From assembly GCA_951406725.2 (NCBI GenBank), contig OX597829.1:4340001-4404000 (forward strand): a stretch of 64,000 nt of DNA, written 5' to 3'. Origin of the DNA: Octopus vulgaris (Eukaryota). Positions 56,436-64,000 of the stretch are shown here, in pieces. The notes below the pieces were generated by a model that made no database searches, was not told the origin of the DNA, and saw nothing but the letters and a program-made list of their open reading frames with translations. A program made the position numbers and the translations under genes. Positions within the stretch are counted from its first letter, which is position 1. Each line of letters opens with the position of its first letter.

Positions 56436-59400
56436 GTTGTTGACATCCTTTTTATCTTGGGAGACAATGGAGTTGCACATAAAATAATCTAGTCTGGCTT
56501 TTACATTTCATGTCCTAATACATTTCCTGCTGTGGCTGTGTAGTCCTATCCTGGACAAACACTCCCTCTGGCAGGTGCCACAAATGTAGCGAAGACTTTT
56601 CCTGGCTGGTTGTAATGCCATAGTTTCTTGTTGACGTCTTTTCTTGTCTTTCCATTTCTCCTCTCTCTCTCTCTCTCTCTTCCTCTCTCACTCACTCCTT
56701 TGTGTTCCCTCTTTTACGGTACGTCACCAACCTCCACGGTTGCTGGCAACTGCTTCCCAGTTGCTAATATTGATGTTGCAGACCTTCATGTCCCTTTTGC
56801 AAACATCCTCGTATCGTAAGAACGGTCTTCCCACAGACCTAGTGCTCCTAGCAAGCTCTCTGTAGAGTATGTCCTTGGGGATTCTGCCATCTTCCATATG
56901 GCTAAGAGTCCAAGCCATCTCATACGTCTTTGTGTGAGGAGTGCAAACATGCTTGGTATTCCTGCTTACTTGAGGACATCTTTGTTGGGGACATGATTCT
57001 GCCATTTAATGCCAAGGATTTTCCGGAGGCAGCGCAGGTGAAAGATAATTAGGCGACGCTCTTGGCATGTGTATGGCGTCCAAGTCTCACTTCCATACAG
57101 TAGAGTGCTAAGTACACATGCCTGGTAAATCTTCATTTTTGTGGTCTTGGTCAGCTTATTGTTGTCCCATGCCCGTTTGGAGAGTTGGGCCATCACAGCA
57201 GCTGCCTTGCCAATGCGTATATTGAGCTCAGCATCAAGGGATAGGTTGTAGGTGATGGTAGAGCCAAGATAGGTAAACTTCTCCACCTCCTGTAATCTGT
57301 GGTCTCCAATATGTATGTTTGGGATGTCCGATGTAGCCTGACCCATGATGTTGGTCTTCTTGAGGCTGATAACTAAGCCAAAGTCATACATGCTTGCTCA
57401 AAACAGTTGATGAGCCTTTGTAGGGCTTCTTCTGTGTGTGATACCAGAGCAGCATCATCAGCAAATAGCATCTCCTTGATCAGGACGCTTCTGATTTTGG
57501 TCTTGACATGCAGGCGCGAGAGATTGAACAGTTTCCCGTCACTTCTACTGTGCAGAAACACTCCATCATCTGATGTCTGAAAGGTATGTGAGAGTAAGAG
57601 CGAGAAGAAGATGCCAAATAATGAAGGAGCAAGGACACAAACAACCTTGCTTTACCCCGTTTTTTATTTGGAAGGCGGCTGATGTCGAACCATTGTGTTC
57701 TATGGTGCCTTGCATATCATCATGGAAAGATTTGATGATCCTCAGCAGCTTTGGTGGACATCCGATTTTTGGAGCAGGATGAAGAGGCCTTTTCTACTTA
57801 CCAAGTCAAAGGCCTTTGTCAGATCAATGAAGGCCATATATAATGGCATTTTCTGCTCTCTGGACTTCTCTTGAAGTTGGCGTATGGAGAATATCATGTC
57901 AATAGTTGATCTGCTTCTTCTAAAGCCACACTGCGATTCTGGATAAATTTGAGAAGCAAGCTGTTGTAGCCTGGACTGGGAACGCGAGTGAAGGTCTTTC
58001 CAACAGTGCTTAGAAGAGATATTCCACGGTAATTGTTACAATCACCACGGTCACCTTTCTTTTTGTAAAGCGTAATGATGTTAGCATCCCGCATATCCTG
58101 AGGGACTGTACCCTCTTCCCAGCACTGACACAGAAGCTCATGAAGGTGCCGAGGCAGGATGGTGTTTTTGCCGGCTATGATGATCTCTGAGGGGACGCCG
58201 TCTTTTCCCGGAGCCTTGCTACTTGCTAAAGAGTCAATAGCCTTGGTGAGCTCTGCTATAGATGGCGGACTGTCAAGTTCGCACATGACTGGCAAGATCT
58301 TGATATCCTCGATTGCAGCCTCAGCTACCGTGGTCTCTTGTGAGTAGAGATCCTGATAGTACTCCACCCAACTATGCATTTGCTTGCTTTGGTCTTTGAT
58401 GGGATCTCCAGTATTTGATTTCAGAGGAGCTGACTTGGTTGCGGATGGACCGAGGGCCTTCTTCAAACCGGCATACATCCCACGGGTGTCGCCACTGTCA
58501 GCAGCTGACTGGATACTCTGACAGATTTCCTGCCAATACCTATTTGCACCGCGTCTGGCTGTCAGTTGAGTTTTATTTCTTGCCTTTCTGAGTTCTTCGA
58601 GTGATTTTGTAGAAGAATCACTCTTGTATTGCATCAGAGCTGCACGCTTTGCTTCGATAACTGGCTCCAGTGCTGAGATCCCAGCACTGCACCAATCTGG
58701 GGTTTGCCTTTCTCTCATGCCGAAAGTATCTATTGATGTGGTATACAAAGCTTCACTGATATAATTCCACCTACTTTCAGCAGAGGAGGTTGGGTAGCTA
58801 CTGAGGGCAACCTTAATAGAAACAGCAAAGCATTTTCGCAGTGTAGGGTCCGAGGTTCTGGCAGTGTTAATGCGTGGTCGGCCCATTTTCTTGGAGTGAT
58901 GGACTTTTTTAGGCAGAATCCTCACCCTGCTTCTAATTAGTTAGTGATCTGTGTCACAATCCGCGCTGTGGTAACTACGGGTCTTGTTGAACAGAATTCA
59001 GAAAGGATCTTCGTGTAATGATGGGATCCAGCTGATGCCAGTGGTGAGATCTTGGATGTCTCCAAGATGCCTTGTGGGATGGCTTGTTGGCAAAGAATGT
59101 GTTGGTGATGCACAGGTAATGGTATGTGCAAAATTCAAGTAGTCTCTAACCATTGTCGTTCATGTTGCCAATACCAAAGTGTCCAACACAAATGGGCCAC
59201 GAATCATGGTCAGATCCCACGTGAGCGTTAAAATCTCCTAGAAGGTAGATGTTTTCATTGGTTGGTATATTTTTAATGACACAGTTGAGATCTTTGTAGA
59301 ACTGGTCCTTGGTCTCCTCTGAGCTGTAGAGAGTGGGAGCATAGATGCTCAGTAGATGTACTGAACCAGAAGTCGAGAAGCGCAGTGAGAGGATACGCTC

Positions 59401-60335
59401 AGTGCCTCCTGATGGTGGTTCTATTGAGGAAAGTAATGAGTTTCTCACTGCAAAGCCAACACCATGCTGACGAGGTTCTTCTGGATCGCTTCCCTGCCAA
59501 AAGAAGGTGAAATCCTGTTCTTTGAGTTTGCCGTTTGAGGGAAGTTTTGTCTCCTGCAGCCCAGCAATGTCTAAGTTAAGCCTCTTTAGTTCACGGTCAA
59601 TGATGGCCGTCTTTCTTGTGTCTTCAATACTATATAAATCATCAGATATGCCAGGGCACATGGTCCTAACATTCCAGCTTGCTAATCGCAGGACTGGTGG
59701 TTTCTTGTCTTTTAGTTGTTTGCCTGGTGCAGAGGTTGCAGGCCGTTTTTCAAATCAAACTCTTAGCTCCAAGCACCAAATGAAGCAGGTGGCCTGTGGT
59801 GGGTCAGCACCTTATTAACTGGGGGCTGCCCAGCTTGAGGTGGGCAGTAGCTAACCAATAGGACATGGAGGTCCATCCCACCGTCAGAGGTAACCCGTAG
59901 CGCCCATATTTTATGCCAATCTGAATGGACTTATCACTCGTGACTGTTACCTCCCGTGTTGTTTCTGCCGCTTTTTACAGCAGCACTGAAGTGTCCTCTC
60001 CAGTTTTGCGCAGGCTTGGGCTAGAAATAAGAAAATCCTGGGTAACCCAATCGTCATGATTCCTCTCTCGACCTTGCTGACGTAGCCCAAAGGAGTGCAG
60101 AGTATTACGTTTGGCACCAGCTTGGTTGCAGGAGCTGCCGGAAGAGTGTCGAGTCGAGCACTAAACCGCCTTCGGGGCTCCACACCGGATTTCTTTGAAG
60201 GTTGTCTCCTTTCCGTAACCCTGGATAGGGGCCCATGCCGGGTAGTGTCAGCCGGAGCCAGCTGAGCTCGTGACTCGTGTCAGGCAGAGTCGTCACTCCC
60301 TGAAGTAGTGAAGAAGTTCGCTACCCACTACCCAA
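56436..60335 (-). mobile_element. Near full-length, decayed RTE-clade LINE (single APE-RT ORF, frameshifted) inserted in (TA)n
   Basis: Endonuclease motifs: LASWNVRTM, RKTAIIDRELKRLNLDIAGLQETK, GVGFAV, LLGDFNAHVG. RT motifs: NYRGISLLS, LFADDAAL, FTYLGS, STLLYGSETW. The C-terminus is CGTCQRECLSRIGLHSHSRKC and the 3' end is ccattgtctccc...ggatgtcaacaac. Confidence 0.93.
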
Positions 60336-60410
60336 CATATATATGTACATATATATACATATATATATACATATATATACATATATATGTACATATATTT
60401 ATATATATAT

Positions 60411-60491
<81 letters not shown>

Positions 60492-60814
60492 TAATGTATG
60501 CAGGTATGCATGTAACTGCAAACCGGAAAACTAAAAATCCGGACATAAGTATATATCTATGTTTATAAATATTTAGCAGAAGTAACGGAGTAACTGAAAG
60601 ACCACGAGTTCGTGCACAGGTACTTATGAGAGAAGTCAGCGGTCGAAAGGGCGTGAGTATGTGCATTTAGCTGTTGGGTAGACGGGGAATACTTTTCGAC
60701 ACTTATAGAAATAACTATATGAAGTCACTTGTTTGTTAAGTGCCAGCGCACGAAATTCTCAGAGCATTGAGTCACTCAAAGATGAATGGTAGGACAAACA
60801 GACAGGCAGTCGAA

Positions 60815-60845
<31 letters not shown>

Positions 60846-60849
<4 letters not shown>

Positions 60850-60925
60850 ATCAAAATAAGCAACAAGAATGACTCCGGTAATTTCCAAATTACCGGAGTC
60901 ATTCTTGTTGCTTATTTTGATTATA
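60846..60925. repeat. Perfect hairpin, 39 bp arms, 2 nt loop
   Basis: tataatcaaaataagcaacaagaatgactccggtaattt CC aaattaccggagtcattcttgttgcttattttgattata. Confidence 0.9.
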
Positions 60926-61018
60926 ATCACCCCACGGATTTTTATGGATAACACCATACAAAATTCTGGTGCATCTAAATTTAGTACCATATTCATTCGA
61001 ATCTAAATTTTTGCTGAA

Positions 61019-61069
<51 letters not shown>

Positions 61070-61093
61070 GATAGATAGATAGATAGATAGATA

Positions 61094-61274
61094 TGTTTCT
61101 TTATTAGTCACACAGGGCTGCACACAGAAGGGACAGATTACAAAGTAGAGCTTTTCGTTTTGGGGAGAAAAAAAAAGTGGGGTAGGTTTTCGATCAAAAG
61201 GGATCGTAAAAGGGAAAAAAACCATCAATAGGGATCGTGTATCAGAAAAATGTCATGATGTAAAGTGTAAAGGG
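61094..61274 (-). mobile_element. Tx1-like 3'UTR fragment abutting (GATA)n
   Basis: Matches 7309-7500. Confidence 0.85.
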
Positions 61275-61585
61275 TATTCATATACAGTCATCTATACGCA
61301 CCTGCATAGATTTATCTCGTAAACAAAGATATCTAATGGGACCCACGTCTGTAGACGCACAATCACATTGTCGGAATTCGATGCTCTACCGCTTCTCTCT
61401 GTGTCTCACTCTCTGTCTGTTTGTCTGTCTGTCTCTCGGTCTCCCTGTCTTCTCTCTTTCGCTCTCTGTCTCTCCCAGGCTTGCCCACGGTACCACGCAG
61501 TGGGACTGAACGTGGAGTCATGTTGTTGGGAAGCAGGCTTCTTACAACACAGACACTTCTGCGTCTACATATATATGTATAGAAA

Positions 61586-61816
61586 AGGCGGTGAGCTGGC
61601 AGAAACGTTAGCGCGCCGGGTGAATTGATTAGCGGTATTTCGTCTGTCGTTACGTTCTGAGTTCAAATTCAGCCGAGGTCGACTTTGCCTTTCATCCTTT
61701 CGGGGTCGATAAATAAAGTACCAGTTTCGCACTGGGGTTGATGTAACCGACTTAATCCCTTTGTCTGTCCTTGTTTGTCCTCTCTATGCTTAGCCCCCTG
61801 TGGGTAGTAAAGAAAT
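61586..61816 (+). mobile_element. SINE family B, full-length monomer
   Basis: aggcggtgagctggcagaaacgttagc...agccccctgtgggtagtaaagaaata. Confidence 0.88.
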
Positions 61817-61828
61817 ATATATATGTAT

Positions 61829-61864
<36 letters not shown>

Positions 61865-61892
61865 GCAGAGAGAGGGACAGACAGACAGAGAG

Positions 61893-61941
<49 letters not shown>

Positions 61942-61989
61942 AGCAGATAGATGGAGACACGGACGGAAACACGAAGAGATGGAGCGAAA

Positions 61990-62370
61990 CAAAAGTCAGA
62001 CACACAGACAAACATTCTCTCTCTTCCGGGCCATGTCTCTCTTTTCGCTGCTCTATCTTCTGCTCTCTCTGTCTTTCTCTCTTTCTGTCGTTCCATTCCC
62101 CTCCTCCTTCTCTCTTTCTCAAAAAATATTCGCTCTCTTTCGCTTCATTTCTCTTTTTGCTGCTCTCCCTGTCTCTCTCTCTCCTCGCTCCTTGTCTTCT
62201 CTCTTTCTCTCTGTCGCTCCAAGTCTCTATCAGTCTCTCTCTCCCCGAAACAATAGTCAGACGCACAGACAAATATTCTCTCTCTTCCGGGCCATGTCTC
62301 TCTTTTTGCTGCTCTATCTTCCTCTCTCTCTGTCTCTGTCTCTCTGTCATTCCATCCCCATCCTCCCGCT

Positions 62371-62410
<40 letters not shown>

Positions 62411-63825
62411 CAAGTCTCTCTGCCCTCCTCTTTTAACGTCTCTCTCCAGGAAAAAGACAGCCTCACACAAAATATCCTCTCTCTTTCGCTCCATTACTCT
62501 TTCGCACTGTCTCTCTCTTTCACTCTGTCTCTGTCTACGCTCCGTCTCGTTCTTTCGATCTGTCTCTCTTTCGCTTTGTCGTTCTCTTCCGCTCTGTCTC
62601 TCTCTTTCACTTTGTCGCTCTCTATCGCTCTGTTTCTCTCATTCGCTCTGTCTCTCACTTTCACTTCATCTCTCTCTTTCGCACTATCTCACTCATTCGC
62701 TGCGTCTCTCTCTTTCGCCCCGTCTCACTCTTTCACTTTGTCTCTCTCTTTCGCTCCGTCAGTCTCTTTCGCTCTGTCTCTCTCTTTCGCTCCGTCTCTC
62801 TCGCTCGCTCCGACTCTCTCTTTCGTTTTGTCGCTCTCTTTTGCTCTGTCTCTCTCTTTCGCTCTGACTCTCTCTTTCACTTTGTCGTACTCTTTCGCTT
62901 TGTCGTACTCTTTCGCTCTGTCTCTCTCTTTCGCTCCGTCTCTCTCTTTCGTTCCGTCTCTCTCTTTCACTCCGTCTCTCTCGTTCGCTCTGTTTCACCC
63001 TTTCACTCCGTCTCTCTCTTTCGCTCCGGCTCTCTTGTCATTACTCTTTTTGCTGCTCCATCTTTCTCTCCTTATCTCTTTCCTTCCAGGTCTCTTTGCC
63101 CTTCTCTTTCAACGTCTCTCTCCAGAAAAAAGACACTCTCACACACAATATCTGCTCAGTTTCGCTTCATTGCTCTTTTCGCTGCTCTATCTTTTTCTCT
63201 CTCTCTCTTACCTTCCAGGTCTCTCTGTCCTCTTCTTTCAACGTCTCTCTTCAAGAAAAAGACAGTCTCACACAAAGTATCCTCTCTCTTTCGCTCCCTC
63301 TATCTCTCTCATTCCATCCAGTTCTCTCTGTCCTCCTCTTTCAACGTCTCTCTTCAAGAAAAAGACAGTCTCACACAAAGTATCCGCTCTCTTTCATTCC
63401 ATTACTCTTTTCGCCGTTCCATCTTTCTCTCTCTCTCTTCCCTTCCAGGACTCTCTGCCTCTAATTCTCACTCTTTCCTTTGTTCTTTCTTTTTCATTCT
63501 TTCTTTTTTGCTTTTTTCCTTTCTTTCTACATTTCTCTCTTTCTTTCTTCCATTTTTTCTTTCTTGCCTTCGTTCCTTCTTGCTTTCTTTCTTTATTCCT
63601 CTCTTTCTTTCTTTCTTTCCTCCTTGCTTTCTTTTTTCTTCCTTCCTTTCTTTCTCCCTTTCTTTCTTTCTTTCTTTCTTCCTTTCTTTCCTCCTTTCTC
63701 CCTTTCTTTCTTTCTTTCTTTCTTTCTTCGTTTCTTTCTTTCTTTCTTTCTTCATTACTTTCTTTCTTCCTTCCTTTCTTTCTTTTTTCTTCCATTCTTT
63801 CTCTCTTTCCCTCCAATTCTCACTC

Positions 63826-63866
<41 letters not shown>

Positions 63867-63878
63867 CTTCTTTTCTTC

Positions 63879-63910
<32 letters not shown>

Positions 63911-64000
63911 TTTTCTTCCTTCCTCTCTTTCTTTCTTCCTTCCTTTCTTCGTTCTGTCATCCTTTCTTTATCTGCTATTTCATATATCCCTTCTCTCTCT
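61990..64000 (+). repeat. Pyrimidine-rich compound satellite: an 18-bp unit (ctctctttcgctccgtct-like, ~62480-63030), longer repeated blocks and a (CTTT)n tract
   Basis: Read directly from the sequence. Blocks 61995-62100 and 62255-62360 are duplicated, and ttcaacgtctctct.cagaaaaaagaca recurs four times. Confidence 0.85.

Noticed and set aside
61790-62998. 355-aa and 234-aa ORFs and KERDGA hexapeptide repeats
   Set aside because: They derive from an 18-bp CT-rich minisatellite that is open on both strands, with no splice or domain support.

Overview
This is repeat-saturated, AT-rich eukaryotic DNA with no intact host gene that I can support. The SINE repertoire and microsatellite density suggest a cephalopod, probably Octopus; that is inferred from recalled SINE families, not from a search. 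It contains about 40 copies or fragments of one tRNA-derived SINE and two further SINE families. It also holds a full-length but disrupted Tx1/L1-clade LINE (27783-33960), a near full-length decayed RTE LINE (56436-60335), five truncated Tx1-like 3' fragments, non-autonomous mariner and Helitron-like elements, an interstitial TTAGGG-interspersed satellite and many microsatellites. Almost all ORFs in the supplied track are simple-repeat artefacts. Three hidden signals stand out. (1) At least 12 type I minimal hammerhead-ribozyme motifs occur in several unrelated short repeat families resembling Penelope pLTRs; many lie in long inverted repeats next to (TA)n, and non-canonical cores (CUGUNGA, CCGANGA) recur. 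(2) Two apparently target-specific Tx1 lineages are present, one inserting at a fixed site in the SINE head and one inserting into (GATA)n. (3) SINE tails match their partner LINEs within the window.
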